From assembly GCA_963783835.1 (NCBI GenBank), contig CAWAOX010000014.1, positions 87,855 through 151,854 on the forward strand: a DNA stretch of 64,000 nt, written 5' to 3'. How positions within the stretch are numbered: position 1 is the stretch's first letter; every line of letters begins with the position of its first letter. The notes under the pieces were generated by a model, which saw nothing but the letters and a program-made list of their open reading frames with translations, made no database searches and was not told the DNA's origin. The position numbers and the translations under genes are program-made. Origin of the DNA: an uncultured Actinomycetota bacterium (GTDB lineage: Bacteria; Actinomycetota; Thermoleophilia; RBG-16-64-13). This document shows positions 9,198-20,402 of this stretch, piece by piece.

Positions 9198-11624
9198 ATG
9201 AGCGAACTAACGGGACTCTCTTCAGCCGAAGTTGCGGAGCGACAGTCCCGCTACGGACCGAACGCCCTCCCCGAGCCGCGGTATCGGTTGGCTCGGCTGA
9301 TCCTGAGACAGTTCCGGGGCATCTTCAATCTTCTGCTGCTGGCGGCGGCCGCTGTGACCTACGCGCTGGGCGAGCCCATCGACGCCTCGTTCATCTTGTT
9401 CTTCGTCTTCGTTGGCACCGGGCTCAATGTGTTCCAGGAATACAAGTCGAACGCCGCCGCGGAGAAGCTCAAGTCATACCTCTTGCATACGGTCACCGTC
9501 CGGCGCGACGGTAGAGAACAGGAGGTGCCGACAGACGAGCTCGTCCCCGGGGACATCCTCAAGCTGCAATCGGGCGACATCGTTCCTGCGGATGCCGTCG
9601 TGCGGAAGGCCCGCGGCTTTCTCGTGGACGAAACGACCTTCACCGGTGAGAGCATTCCCGTGGCCAAACAGGCCGCCCCCGCTGCGGATCAGGATGTGAC
9701 TGACGAGCATCGGCTCCTGCAGGGAGTGGTCGTAGTCCGCGGAAATGCGCTGGCGGAAGTCACCGCGACCGGCCTAAACACGCAGTTGGCCGCGATATCC
9801 GCGAAGGCCTCTTCGGTCCAGGCCGAGAGCGAACTCGTCAAAGGGGTCGACCGCATCAGCAAGTTCATCCTGCGGATGACCCTCGTCACGCTGATATTCG
9901 TCATTGTTGCGAACATCCTCATCGAGGGCAGCATCTCGGGTATTTCCGAGCTGCTCATCTTCGCCATCGCGCTGGCGGTCTCTGCCATCCCGGAGGCTCT
10001 GCCCCTGGTTCTGACATTCGCGCTCTCGCGAGGTGCACTCCAATTTGCTGAGAACAACGTGATCGTCAAACGGCTCTCTGCCGTGCAGGATCTTGGATCG
10101 GTCAATCTGCTCTGTACCGACAAGACCGGTACGATCACCGAGAACCGTCTGATCCACGTGAACGACTATGCCATGCCGGCATCCGGCTTTCACCCGCTGG
10201 TGCTTGCCCGCCTGGCCGCTCACGATCTGGGGGAGCGCATCCCCGAACCGTTTGATCGGGCGGCAGACGAAGGACTCTCCCCCGAGCAACGAGCCGAGGT
10301 GGAGCGTTTTGAGTTGCTCGAGGAAGAGGCTTTCGATCCAGCGCTTCGCAGTAACGGGGCTTTGGTGCGCCGCGATGACGGTCTGCAATTGCACATCCGC
10401 CGGGGCAGCCCGGAGTACTTCTTCGACCAGGGACTGATCGATCGCGCGCAGGTGGCGGAATGGCTCGCGGATGAAGAGCGGCACGGCCATCGGGTACTGG
10501 GCGTCAGCTATTCGGCGGACGGCGGCGCCCAGTTCGGCGGCTTCGTGTCGTTCGAGGACCAACTAAAAGCCACCACGCTTGAAACGGTGGCGGAGGCCAG
10601 GCGTCTGAACGTGGCGATCACCATCATCACCGGGGATGCTCTGATGGTTGCCGAGGCTGTGGGACGAGATGCGGGGCTCGTGACCGACCCAGACGAAGTC
10701 ATCGAGGCGGCGGCCTTCCTGGCCCTGCCCGTTCAAGAGCAGCACAGCCGGGTCGGCGGGATCCGAGTGTTCGCCCGCACCAGACCCGAACAGAAGTTGG
10801 AACTGATCGTACTTCTCAAGGAGCAATACACCGTAGGCTTTCTGGGTGAGGGCATCAACGACGCACCGGCCCTCAAGGCCGCGAACGTCTCCATGGTGGT
10901 GGAATCAGCGGCGGATGTGGCCCGCGAGACCGCCGACATCGTCCTTCTGAAGAACGACCTGCGAGTGATCGTCGATGGCATCCGCGTGGGACGGGAAACA
11001 CACGCGAACACGCTCAAGTACATCCGCGCCACGCTCATTTCCAACTTCGGCAACTTCTATGCCGTAGCCATCGGGTCGCTCCTCATCAGCTTTCTGCCCA
11101 TGCTGCCCAAGCAGTTGCTTCTGCTCAATCTCCTTTCCGATTTCCCCATGATGGCCATCGCCTTTGACCGGGTCTCGGAACAGGAAGTGACCCACCCGCA
11201 GCGCTATGACTTCCGTTCGCTCTATATCATCTTCGTGAGTCTGGGTCTTATCAGCACCGTCTTTGACTTCCTCTATTTCGGGCTCTTCTACCAGATCTCG
11301 CCCGAAGTGCTGCAGACCAACTGGTTCATCGCCAGCGTGATCACCGAGCTTCTTCTTCTGTTTTCTATTCGATCGATGCTGCCGATCGAAAAGGCCGGCT
11401 GGCCGGCGCCGATCGTTGTGTATCTCTCGGCGGCCGCGGCCGGTATCACCATAGCCCTGCCCCTCATCCCTTGGACGGCGGAGTTCTTCGAGTTCACCAG
11501 GCCGACGATGGCACAACTGGGCACTATTCTGGGGCTTGCGCTCCTCTATCTGGTATTCAACGAGCTCGCAAAGCGCCCACTTGCGCGGTTTCTCGCAAAG
11601 CAGGAGCAAGACCGATCCAGGTAA
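9198..11624 (+). CDS. P-type cation ATPase, MgtA/MgtB (P3B)-like
   Basis: FTGES, IPEALP, LCTDKTGT, ITGD, GEGINDAPAL, ISNFGNFY, FLPMLPKQLLLLNLLSD. Confidence 0.85.
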   Translation: MSELTGLSSAEVAERQSRYGPNALPEPRYRLARLILRQFRGIFNLLLLAAAAVTYALGEPIDASFILFFVFVGTGLNVFQEYKSNAAAEKLKSYLLHTVTVRRDGREQEVPTDELVPGDILKLQSGDIVPADAVVRKARGFLVDETTFTGESIPVAKQAAPAADQDVTDEHRLLQGVVVVRGNALAEVTATGLNTQLAAISAKASSVQAESELVKGVDRISKFILRMTLVTLIFVIVANILIEGSISGISELLIFAIALAVSAIPEALPLVLTFALSRGALQFAENNVIVKRLSAVQDLGSVNLLCTDKTGTITENRLIHVNDYAMPASGFHPLVLARLAAHDLGERIPEPFDRAADEGLSPEQRAEVERFELLEEEAFDPALRSNGALVRRDDGLQLHIRRGSPEYFFDQGLIDRAQVAEWLADEERHGHRVLGVSYSADGGAQFGGFVSFEDQLKATTLETVAEARRLNVAITIITGDALMVAEAVGRDAGLVTDPDEVIEAAAFLALPVQEQHSRVGGIRVFARTRPEQKLELIVLLKEQYTVGFLGEGINDAPALKAANVSMVVESAADVARETADIVLLKNDLRVIVDGIRVGRETHANTLKYIRATLISNFGNFYAVAIGSLLISFLPMLPKQLLLLNLLSDFPMMAIAFDRVSEQEVTHPQRYDFRSLYIIFVSLGLISTVFDFLYFGLFYQISPEVLQTNWFIASVITELLLLFSIRSMLPIEKAGWPAPIVVYLSAAAAGITIALPLIPWTAEFFEFTRPTMAQLGTILGLALLYLVFNELAKRPLARFLAKQEQDRSR

Positions 11625-11639
11625 CGCCACGACCTGCCG

Positions 11640-13225
11640 TCATCTGCTGAGTGGAGGCTGGATGGTCGTACCGGCCGCGGGCCCCGTCCAAGGCGCGGCG
11701 CCCACCGAATCGAGGCGGCCCATCAACTGCAATGTGTCTAGGTTGATGCTGGTCCCGCTCGCCTCCTGGCCCTTGACGCCGGTCCATTCGATCTTCAGGA
11801 CGTGTATCCCATAGCCGATCACGCCGCTGTTCCATACCTTCTGCTGGTAGAGAGTGCTCGCACTGTAGAGGTCCACCATCACCGGGTCCCCGCCATCCAA
11901 GGTGAGCTTCGCCTTGCCGGCCGCGGGACTCGTCCTGGCTATCCACGCCGCGTAGATGCCGGTGAACTGGACTGTCACCGAGGCCCCCGCGGAGTCGGCG
12001 GATCGGAAGCGGCTGCCAGAGGCAGACCCCGTCGACGAGCCTTGCCAGGTGCCCTCGTACGCCAGCAGGCCGTTGCCCTCTTGGAAGGAGGCCAGAATCG
12101 GAGTCTGGATCAAGCGGCCCGTGACATCGAGCGCGTCGATGTTCACCCGGGTGCCGCCCCCGGCTACGGTGGCACGGCCGGCCCATACCACGCGGACAGT
12201 GTGCGTCCCCTGAGCCAAGAGGCCGGTCGACCACACCATCTGCTTGTGCAGCGTCGTCGGACTGTGCAGGTCGACAGATACGGGGGGACCCCCATCCAAG
12301 CTCAGCCAGGCCTCGCCCTGGTCAGCCGCCTTCGTGGCCAGAAGATCTAGGCGGGTTCCTTCGAACCAGACAAGGGCGCCTGCATTCGAATCCATATACG
12401 TGTAGCTTCTACCGGAAGCTCCGGAGTCGGTGACCCCGCTCCAGGGACCCGTATAGGTGATCCTGGGGTTGGTTTGCTCGTATCGAGTGAGCCGAGGAAC
12501 CGGCCGCGCGGGCGGCGGAGTCCCGTCGGCCAGAGTCGCGCCATAGAGACTGTCGTAGGGATCAACGGATGGCGAGAACACAGAGGTCGTCTCGTGGATC
12601 TCGAAGTGCAGGTGCGGCGAACTCGTTTCGGCGTTGCCGCTGTCTCCACAGTAGGCGATGAATTGTCCCTGGCCGACGTGGCTTCCGGTCACGAGGCCCG
12701 GGGCAAATGCGTACTTGAGCCCACCCTTACCGTCGTCGGTCCCGGGAGTGTCGTTGTTGATGTGGGAGTAGTAGTAACCGTGCCCGTCGTCGCCCATCAG
12801 CCAGAGGGTGTACCACGGCCGGCCATGCCAGGCGCGTACCTGCAGGACCACCGTTCCACTGACGACTGCCACCTCCTTGGCCATCTTCCGAGCGGGGAGG
12901 TCGATCCCCTGGTGGAGGTGCCCCGATCGGGGCACCATGAAACCGCGCGTGACCGGTACGCGGGATTCCAGCGGAAAGACTATCGGAATGGGTAGGTTGG
13001 TCGATGACGTCGCCGTAGTCGTGGTGGCCCCGGTGCTGGTCGTGGTGGCCTCGGCGCTGGTCGCGGGGGCCCCGGTGCTGGTCGCGGTGGTTGGCAGGGC
13101 CGTGGTCGTGGTGGTCTGAACCGCAACGGTGCTGGTGACCGCGAGCGAGGTGGCAGTCGGGCTGCCGCAAGAGGCGGCGGCCCAGAGGACACCGATCAGC
13201 AGAACGAGTAGCAGCGGCGAGGCAT
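11640..13225 (-). CDS. M23 peptidase, probable lipoprotein, with two C-terminal beta-sandwich modules; frameshift just after the start
   Basis: HQGIDL, YYSHI and PHLHFEI; frame stays open upstream of 12938 through a Thr-rich linker to LLIGVLWAAASCG. Confidence 0.85.
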
Positions 13226-13243
13226 GTGGTGTGGATGCCCGTT

Positions 13244-14719
13244 TCAGTTCTTTGCCAGGTCCTTCAGGTGAGCTACGGCTCGGCCCCCGTTTCCCGCTGC
13301 CAGGGTCCCATAGTCAGGGATGTTGTAGACCCTGATCGTGTCGTCCAGAAAATCTGAGAACGCTAGAAGCGTTCCGTCGGGAGACACGTCCAGCCCGGTG
13401 CACTGATTACCTCCGACGATTGCGTCGAGGATCTCGCCGGTGGCCGTATCGATGGCCTGAACCGAGCCCCATTCGGGACCAGGGATGAGATACGTCTTCG
13501 GGTTGTCCTTCCCGCGGCACGAGACGTAGAGCACTTTCCGGTCCGGACTGAGCTCGATGGTGTTGGGACGCTGATCGGTGTCGGCCAGCTTGGTGACCTC
13601 CTCAGTAGCCAGATCCAACACCCACACCGCGTTCGTCGTGAGGTCGTCCATGTAGAGCAGGTCTCGCTGCTCGTCCGCGACCATATGGCGTATGGAGCCG
13701 CCCGTCTTCTTGAAGATGACCTTCCCCTTGCCGGTCGCCAGGTCGAACCTTTGGATCTCGCCGTTCTTGAAGCCCGCCACGAACAGGCGTTTGCCGTCCG
13801 GAGTCTCGTAGAGGCCACGCGGATTGGCGACCGTCTTGATGCGCCGGACCAGCTTGCCGGTCGCCAGGTCGATCTCCGAGACGTCGTTGCTCGACCAGTT
13901 GGAGGCCCACAAGGTCTTCTCATCGGGGGAGAGGAGCAAGACCTTCGTCCAGCTGCCTCCGGTCTTGAGGACGCGGAGGACCTCTCGTGTCGCTGGGTCG
14001 AGTTCGTACACAGATGCCGTCTCCATCTGACTGACGTACAACCTGGTGCCCGCCCGGTTGAACACCATCTCTACCGATCCGTACTTGCCGAGCGTGACCT
14101 GGTCGAGCTTGCTACCCGTCGTCGGGTCGAACACCTCGATGCCGTGGCCGCTAAGCAACGAGACCCATAGCTCCTTGCCATCGGGCGAGAATACGACCTG
14201 TTTTGGCTGGGGCCCGCATTTGAAGCGGACCACACTCTCGTAGAGCAGGCCCTCGGGGTCCAGCCACACTGTGATCGATTGCGGACTGTCGAGAGCCAGT
14301 TCACGAACGGTGGTGTTGTAGCCGGTCTTCGCCAGAGAGATGGTGACGTTTCCTCCCGGCACCTGCGCGGAGAAGGGCGTGGTCCCAGTCAACGTATTCT
14401 GGTCTTGCAGGGTGATCGTGAGTTGAGCGCCCCCAGGCTTGGACGCGAGTTCGAGAGATTGCGGAGGCCCGTTGGGCACGATGGTGTGGACTGTGGTCGG
14501 AGTCGCGGTCGATGGGGAGGTCGTCACATCGACCTCTGCCCGAATGGGGGATCCTGCCGGCCTCGCCGCGAAATACGCGACCAACCCGATAGCCGCAAGC
14601 AGAGCGAGCGGAACCGCGGCCCCGGCGAACCGTCGTCGTGCGTAGATCTGCCGGTGACCGCGGGACATGGATGACCGCGACCGGCCGGCGGCACCATTCG
14701 CGGGCGGAGTGGTCTTCAT
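13244..14719 (-). CDS. YncE/YVTN beta-propeller protein with PEGA-like domain
   Basis: Repeated xSPDG/K...LWVS/LYVS blades after an N-terminal TM anchor. Confidence 0.75.
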   Translation of the reverse strand: MKTTPPANGAAGRSRSSMSRGHRQIYARRRFAGAAVPLALLAAIGLVAYFAARPAGSPIRAEVDVTTSPSTATPTTVHTIVPNGPPQSLELASKPGGAQLTITLQDQNTLTGTTPFSAQVPGGNVTISLAKTGYNTTVRELALDSPQSITVWLDPEGLLYESVVRFKCGPQPKQVVFSPDGKELWVSLLSGHGIEVFDPTTGSKLDQVTLGKYGSVEMVFNRAGTRLYVSQMETASVYELDPATREVLRVLKTGGSWTKVLLLSPDEKTLWASNWSSNDVSEIDLATGKLVRRIKTVANPRGLYETPDGKRLFVAGFKNGEIQRFDLATGKGKVIFKKTGGSIRHMVADEQRDLLYMDDLTTNAVWVLDLATEEVTKLADTDQRPNTIELSPDRKVLYVSCRGKDNPKTYLIPGPEWGSVQAIDTATGEILDAIVGGNQCTGLDVSPDGTLLAFSDFLDDTIRVYNIPDYGTLAAGNGGRAVAHLKDLAKN

Positions 14720-14771
14720 GCGGAGATAGTAGCTCATGGTCCGCTTGTCCGAGCGGCTACGCGGGAGACGC

Positions 14772-15389
14772 CTAGTCTGTGGCGCCAAACCGCAGGCTCT
14801 GGGTGATGGCCTCGAGGTCCGGCAGGACATTCTCGTCGAAGCCCCCCACTCCATCCCGCCCCGCAAGTACGTACAGCGAGCCGTCAAACTCTATCCACAC
14901 ATCTTGTTGCTTGTAGTAGGGCTCTCCGTTGGGGATCTCGTAGGACTTGACCAACGCGGGCAACCCGCCCACCATGGCAGTCCAGCCGGTGACGTCGCGG
15001 AGTGAGCTCCCCCACTCCGCCCCCAGCATCCCATAGGCTTCATCGAACGCACTTTGCAGAGTGTCACCTGGAGGCGATTCGAGCCTTATCAACTCCACCA
15101 AGGGATAGGAGTCGCCCTGCTTCAGCCGGAGCAAGAGAGTGGACTCCAGCAGGCGGCCGAGCGGCCACCGTATGGTCTCCTGGACGGAGGTTGATCCCCA
15201 TCCGGCGGGCCAGGTCAGAGAGACTCCCCCTTCATCCCAGCGCCCGCCGGCGCCCTCGGTCGTCGTGGAAATCACCGAGGACTGCGTGGTGGACTCGCCG
15301 GTCGGAGGTGTTCCACACCCTGCAAACATCAGACTCGCAGCAGCGATGATCAGCACGAGGACAACGCTCATGGTCGGTTTGGCCCGCAT
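14772..15389 (-). CDS. Lipoprotein (PsbP/DcrB-like fold possible)
   Basis: Lipobox FAGC, SLTWPAGW, VGGLPALVKSY, ends ITQSLRF. Confidence 0.55.
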   Translation of the reverse strand: MRAKPTMSVVLVLIIAAASLMFAGCGTPPTGESTTQSSVISTTTEGAGGRWDEGGVSLTWPAGWGSTSVQETIRWPLGRLLESTLLLRLKQGDSYPLVELIRLESPPGDTLQSAFDEAYGMLGAEWGSSLRDVTGWTAMVGGLPALVKSYEIPNGEPYYKQQDVWIEFDGSLYVLAGRDGVGGFDENVLPDLEAITQSLRFGATD

Positions 15390-15515
15390 CGGTCGCGCAC
15401 CTCCTACTCGGAGTCGTCTCGCTCCCCAGTATAGAGGCTAGGTGGTGCATCCAACGCTCCCCCTTGAAGCGCGCCTCTTGGCTGCGGTACGGTAGGAGAG
15501 TCGTACCCCCGCGGC

Positions 15516-16139
15516 TTGAAGGTGGACATGCGACACTTGCGCTTCTTTGGCCTAATCCTAATCTGCCTGATGCTGCTCGGTCTGGTGGTGGTCGCCGGCT
15601 GTGGGGGAACCGTCACCCCGGGAACCACCTCAGGCAACCCGCCGACCACAGCCTCCGATGCCACCACGACCACTGCCGCGCTAGCGAGCGCGGGCGCGTC
15701 AACCACGACCATTGCCGGGACCGCGACGACGCCCTCCGGCTCGTCCGCGGCATCAGGGGCCACACCGACGTCTGGCGGCACCCCGACGTCGGCCGGCACC
15801 CCGGTGTCGGGGCCTGACGCAGGTACCACGTCGACCTTCCCGAACGGGCTGCCGGCCCCGATCGCTCCCGAGGAGATCAAGAACTGCATGGTGTCCCTCG
15901 AGATGGGATCTGCGGACCAGCTCCAGATCTACGACTACAAGAACTTCGGTCACTACGCGGCCGCTTACGTCATGGCCGCGGACGAGAACGTGTATCTGGT
16001 GCTCCTCAACGACGAGACCGGCGGCTGGGTCATCCTGAACTCGATCACCGGTCTGGACTGGGAAGCCGTCAAGGCCCAGTTGCGGGCCACTGGGGCGCCG
16101 GAGGACTTGATCGAGTGGGCGAATCCCGGAGAAGGGTAG
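15516..16139 (+). CDS. Hypothetical lipoprotein with Thr/Ser-rich linker
   Basis: Lipobox VAGC, low-complexity linker, small C-terminal domain. Confidence 0.65.
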   Translation: MKVDMRHLRFFGLILICLMLLGLVVVAGCGGTVTPGTTSGNPPTTASDATTTTAALASAGASTTTIAGTATTPSGSSAASGATPTSGGTPTSAGTPVSGPDAGTTSTFPNGLPAPIAPEEIKNCMVSLEMGSADQLQIYDYKNFGHYAAAYVMAADENVYLVLLNDETGGWVILNSITGLDWEAVKAQLRATGAPEDLIEWANPGEG

Positions 16140-16226
16140 GCCAGGAACTTATTGAGATACATCACGCAGCCACGCGGAAGAGCAGCGGGCCTTGAATACC
16201 GCAAGAGCCAACAGTGAGGACACAAC

Positions 16227-16949
16227 ATGACCAGCATTCAGTTCGAGAAAGCATACGACCTTAGCGTTCTGACGTATTCCGACATGCAGATGCATCCCGC
16301 GGAGGAGGCGGCAGGCGCGCGGACCTTGGTCGAGCGGCACGACATGCCCGAGGGTATGCCTTCCATGTGTGGCGGGGGCAGGGGACCTGCGCCGGGATGG
16401 CCCATCTATCACGACGTGCAGATCACGACCCACACGGGAACGCATGTCGACGGGACCTGGCACTTCAACAAGCAGGGAAAGAGAATCGACGACTTTCCGC
16501 TCGAAGCCTTCATGGGGCCAGGCGTCGTGCTTGATTTCAGGCATTTGGGCGACTGCGCACCCATCACGGGAGAGGACCTTGAAAAGGCGGAGCCCAAGAT
16601 CGAGGAAGGCGACATCCTTATCATCAATACAGGCCGGCACAAACGATTCGGGACCAAGGAGTATGGCACCTTACACCCGGGCTTGGACGGCGTTGCCGTA
16701 GAGAGATTCTTGCTTGAAAAGAAGATCAAGATGATCGGTATGGATACGATCTGCGTGGAACCGGGCAGCGAGCAAGATCACTGGGACCATCCTCTGCATC
16801 GAGTCTGCCTCATCGAGAACGAGATACTGCTCATAGAGAATCTGGGGGGAGAGATCGACGAGGTGACCGGGAAGCGGTGCTACATCATGGCCCTTCCCAT
16901 CAAACTGAAGGCCGATTCCGGCCCGGCCAGGGTCATTGCGCTTGCCTGA
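16227..16949 (+). CDS. Cyclase family (kynurenine formamidase-like) metallohydrolase
   Basis: THTGTHVD, IGMDT, IENL, LPIKL..DSGPARVIA. Confidence 0.9.
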   Translation: MTSIQFEKAYDLSVLTYSDMQMHPAEEAAGARTLVERHDMPEGMPSMCGGGRGPAPGWPIYHDVQITTHTGTHVDGTWHFNKQGKRIDDFPLEAFMGPGVVLDFRHLGDCAPITGEDLEKAEPKIEEGDILIINTGRHKRFGTKEYGTLHPGLDGVAVERFLLEKKIKMIGMDTICVEPGSEQDHWDHPLHRVCLIENEILLIENLGGEIDEVTGKRCYIMALPIKLKADSGPARVIALA

Positions 16950-16985
16950 CGGCACGTACCACGAAGCGCGCGGGCGCAACGACAC

Positions 16986-17019
16986 CGCCGTGGGGCGCCG
17001 TCGCCGGCGCCCCACGGCG
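16986..17019. terminator. GC hairpin between convergent genes
   Basis: CGCCGTGGGGCGCC-GTCGCC-GGCGCCCCACGGCG, 14-bp perfect stem. Confidence 0.7.
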
Positions 17020-17036
17020 TCTCACAGTCCGAAGCC

Positions 17037-17750
17037 CTAGGCCTCCGCGACAGCGGCCCGCGATGCCACCCGCTCCGCCGCGCGCTCGGTCGTGCGCATC
17101 ATCACGATCCCGGTCCCCGCAAACCACACGATCTGCAGCATGCCGAAGATCATTCCGGCGTCCCTCAGAGCGGGGACGACCGAGACGAGGCCCACCAAGC
17201 CGATCGCCACTCCCAGCCAACCGAGTATCTTGGGCAAGCCCCCCGTGCGCAGAGCCGCCCAACTCACCAGCAGCACCCACAAGCCGCCGAGGATCTCGCC
17301 GCCGGCTCCGCCCAGACCCTCAGTCACCGGCTCGATCGCCTGCCATGCTGCTACGGCCTGCAGCGGATCCGTCTGGTAGAGAGCGGTGACCGTCTCCATA
17401 CCGAAGTTGAAGACCAGGCCGCTCGCGACGAGCACGAACGCCCAGATGAGTCCCACGGCGGTGGCGACCTGCATCATGACCGGCGCCCCGTCCTTCATAC
17501 GGCGGTAGAGCGTGAGTGACAGAACGGTAAGGACGATCCCGAAGATCACGTAGGTGATGAGGTACATGGCGCTCATGCTGCCCTGGTGCTCCGCAAGCAG
17601 AGCGACCTTTTCGGCGGGGTTGGTGACGTTGAGATAGTCGACCGCGATGAGGAAGTACGGCATCGCGATCAGATAGGCCAGCGCCAAGTACAGCGCGGCG
17701 AAGCCTCCCACCCTTTGGTGACTCGCATTCCCCCGAAAAAGCGCTTTCAT
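17037..17750 (-). CDS. DUF4386-like multi-pass membrane protein
   Basis: Six hydrophobic helices; GGLWVLLVSWAALR..LPK.LGWLG. Confidence 0.7.
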   Translation of the reverse strand: MKALFRGNASHQRVGGFAALYLALAYLIAMPYFLIAVDYLNVTNPAEKVALLAEHQGSMSAMYLITYVIFGIVLTVLSLTLYRRMKDGAPVMMQVATAVGLIWAFVLVASGLVFNFGMETVTALYQTDPLQAVAAWQAIEPVTEGLGGAGGEILGGLWVLLVSWAALRTGGLPKILGWLGVAIGLVGLVSVVPALRDAGMIFGMLQIVWFAGTGIVMMRTTERAAERVASRAAVAEA

Positions 17751-17798
17751 CTGATTCTCCTTTCTCGTCGAAACGCGCTATGGTTGTCGCGTCGACAT

Positions 17799-17850
17799 GT
17801 ACGGTGTAAGCTTACGTCGTAAGTCTACACTTACAACGTAAGTCTGTCAA
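17799..17850. promoter_or_regulatory. TetR operators overlapping a divergent promoter
   Basis: CTTAC-N3-GTAAG at 17811 and 17830, partial copy at 17799; minus-strand TTGACA-17 bp-TAGACT (17850-17822). Confidence 0.8.
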
Positions 17851-17860
17851 GAGGAGAAAG

Positions 17861-18529
17861 ATGCCGAGACATACAGAGTCGAGCGCGCAGTTCCGAGCCC
17901 CGCTCAGCAGGGAACGGGTGCTGCAGGCCGCGATGAACCTCGCCGACGAGCGTGGCATCGAGTCACTCAGCATGCGCGAGCTCGGACGGAGACTCGGCGT
18001 CGAGGCGATGTCGCTGTACAACCACGTGGCCAACAAGGACGACCTCCTCGACGGAATGGTCGATCTCGTGGTGAGCGAGATCGACCTTCCTTCGGACACG
18101 GTCGATTGGAAAGAGGCCATGCGCGTGAGAGCGATCTCGGCGCAGTCGGTCTTCTCTCGTCACCCGTGGGCGAGCGGTCTTATCGATTCGCGGGAGAGCA
18201 GCGGACCGGCGCGGCTACGCTACTTCGACTGGGTGGTGGGGACACTCCGGCGAGCCGGGTTCACGATCGAGATGGCCGCTCGCGCGTTCTCGGTCCTCGA
18301 CAGCTACATCTACGGCTTCGGTCGACAGCAACTCAACATGTCTGCCGGAGGCGACACCAAGCCAGAGGAAATCGGGGAGGCATTCCTCCGTGCGATACCC
18401 GCCGATGAGTACCCCTACCTCAGGGAGATGGTCGTCGAGTATGCGATGAACTCCGTCCACGATGAAAGCGCCGACTTCGAGTTCGGGCTCAACCTCATTC
18501 TGGATGGGCTCCAGAGGCTTCTGGATTGA
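17861..18529 (+). CDS. TetR-family regulator (TetR_C type)
   Basis: LSRERVLQAA...SLSMRELGRRLGVEAMSLYNHVANKDDLL; FEFGLNLILDGL. Confidence 0.92.
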   Translation: MPRHTESSAQFRAPLSRERVLQAAMNLADERGIESLSMRELGRRLGVEAMSLYNHVANKDDLLDGMVDLVVSEIDLPSDTVDWKEAMRVRAISAQSVFSRHPWASGLIDSRESSGPARLRYFDWVVGTLRRAGFTIEMAARAFSVLDSYIYGFGRQQLNMSAGGDTKPEEIGEAFLRAIPADEYPYLREMVVEYAMNSVHDESADFEFGLNLILDGLQRLLD

Positions 18530-18569
18530 GCCTCAGGGCCTCACGCTTGACGGCACCGAGGATTCCCCG

Positions 18570-20402
18570 CTAACCGCCGGCCGTCGTGGTCGTGGTGGCC
18601 GACTCGGCCGTCGTGGTTGTCGCCTTCCGCGTGGTCGTCGTCTTGCGAGGCGGCACCTCGATCCTGTGGGGCGACATCTTCCATTTGCTGACAAACGTAT
18701 CGTGGTGCACGACTGTGCCGTCCGCTGCTTTGACCGTTCGTACCACCTTGATTGACTTGCCAGGTTGCCCTTCGGACATGATCGCCGTCGTGCCGGGACC
18801 TAGGTGACGGTTGACGTAGGTCACTTGCGTCATGTCCTGCACGTCGTAGAACTCGCTCGTCTCATAGTCGACGCTCCGTCCGTCTTTCGTGCCGTAGATG
18901 ACGAACTTCGTCTTGATGCCGTCCGACGATCCCCTTATCAAGATGTAGTGCGTGGTGTCGTTCCGAAACCGCATGTTCTTCCCGCCCGCAGTCACGGTCG
19001 CGTCTCTACCGAGCGGGTAGTGATCCACGAAGATCGAATGATTGTGCCGCTCGACGATCTCCAATCCGGCAAAGAACGCCGCGTTGAAAAGGGTTGTCGA
19101 CACCTGGCAGATCCCGCCTCCCAGTACGTCTTCCAGCTGGTTGGGCGCAACGATCCCCGGCGCGAGCCTATACCCGCGCCGCTCAGTGCGGGGGCCGATC
19201 TGTTTGTCGAAATCGTATACTTCGCCCGGTGCCACGACCACATTGCTCGCGTACTGTGTGGTGATCCTCACGTTTGTCTGACGGTCTGGCGTGCCCTCCC
19301 ATTCAGTCTGGAAGGCGGCCAGCTTGACATTGATCCCCATGGCCTTGGCCTCGTCGGTGGTGAGGTTGGGTTCCACGATTGTCATCGCCACCCGGACGTC
19401 GCGATTGTCCGCATCGAGCGCCGCGGCATTCAACAATTCGACTGTCTTGTCCCGGTCCAACTCGCTTCCCGCCACCGCCGCGACCACCCAGGCCTTCCGC
19501 CCGTCGCCCTTGAAGCTGGCTTCAACCGGGACTCTCTTGACTGCGGTCGCCAGATCGTCGAGGAAGGGGGCCATCTTCGCAGCGGACAGATACGGAACCA
19601 GGATGGAGACACCGTTCTGGGGTGTGGACGCGAAGTCCATGTAGGCGATGATCTGCTCGGGAGTGAGCGTCCAGGAGTCGCTACGGTTGGTGAGCGTCAC
19701 CGGCGATCCGGTCATGGTCATCGCCTGCTGCAACGCCTGGTCGTAGTCATCGGCCTGCACCGCCGGGTCCTTCACTGTCATGGGCACGGCAAGCTCGGTC
19801 CCATGGAGGGTCAACAGCACGGACGTGAGCTGGGAGGCCAGGCCCCCTCTATCGATGACCCTGCCTTTCTGACCCTTCACGACCTTGATCTTGGGCCCGT
19901 CGAACACCAGCCCGGCGTTGACGGGAGGGATGTCCACGACCTGGGCCACGTCCGCGATGATCAGGTCCATCTTGGCGCTGTCCACCGTGCCCTGGAGCGG
20001 TATCTGTTTGTCCTTGAAATAGAGGAGGAAGCCGCGGAAGCGGTCTACCAGGAAGTTGCCCTCGCGAGACGCGGCCATGGCCGCCCCCACCGTGGCCACC
20101 GCGTCGACCTTCGTCCCGACGTCCTGCGGGGCCACCGTCCACTTCTTATCCCCGCTCGCGAGCGTTATCTGGTTCTTCTGGGCCTCCTCGACCTGCAAGT
20201 CGAGCGCGGTCTTGGCCTGCTGGGGTGTCAGGCCGCCGAGTTGGACGCCCGACACCGTGACCCCCGCGTGGACCTTGCCGATGTAGAGGGTGGCGTCCAT
20301 CAGCAGCGCCAGCAGGAAGAGAAAGACGATGGCACCAGCTGCCACGATGATGGTCAGACGTTTACGGCGGCGCCGCGCCTTTGCCGAAGTCTCATTTCTC
20401 AC
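18570..20402 (-). CDS. VanW/YoaR-family protein with peptidoglycan-binding repeats
   Basis: GGGICQVSTTLFNAAFFAGLEIVERHNHS..YPLGRDATV, RFRNDT. Confidence 0.9.
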   Translation of the reverse strand: MRNETSAKARRRRKRLTIIVAAGAIVFLFLLALLMDATLYIGKVHAGVTVSGVQLGGLTPQQAKTALDLQVEEAQKNQITLASGDKKWTVAPQDVGTKVDAVATVGAAMAASREGNFLVDRFRGFLLYFKDKQIPLQGTVDSAKMDLIIADVAQVVDIPPVNAGLVFDGPKIKVVKGQKGRVIDRGGLASQLTSVLLTLHGTELAVPMTVKDPAVQADDYDQALQQAMTMTGSPVTLTNRSDSWTLTPEQIIAYMDFASTPQNGVSILVPYLSAAKMAPFLDDLATAVKRVPVEASFKGDGRKAWVVAAVAGSELDRDKTVELLNAAALDADNRDVRVAMTIVEPNLTTDEAKAMGINVKLAAFQTEWEGTPDRQTNVRITTQYASNVVVAPGEVYDFDKQIGPRTERRGYRLAPGIVAPNQLEDVLGGGICQVSTTLFNAAFFAGLEIVERHNHSIFVDHYPLGRDATVTAGGKNMRFRNDTTHYILIRGSSDGIKTKFVIYGTKDGRSVDYETSEFYDVQDMTQVTYVNRHLGPGTTAIMSEGQPGKSIKVVRTVKAADGTVVHHDTFVSKWKMSPHRIEVPPRKTTTTRKATTTTAESATTTTTAGG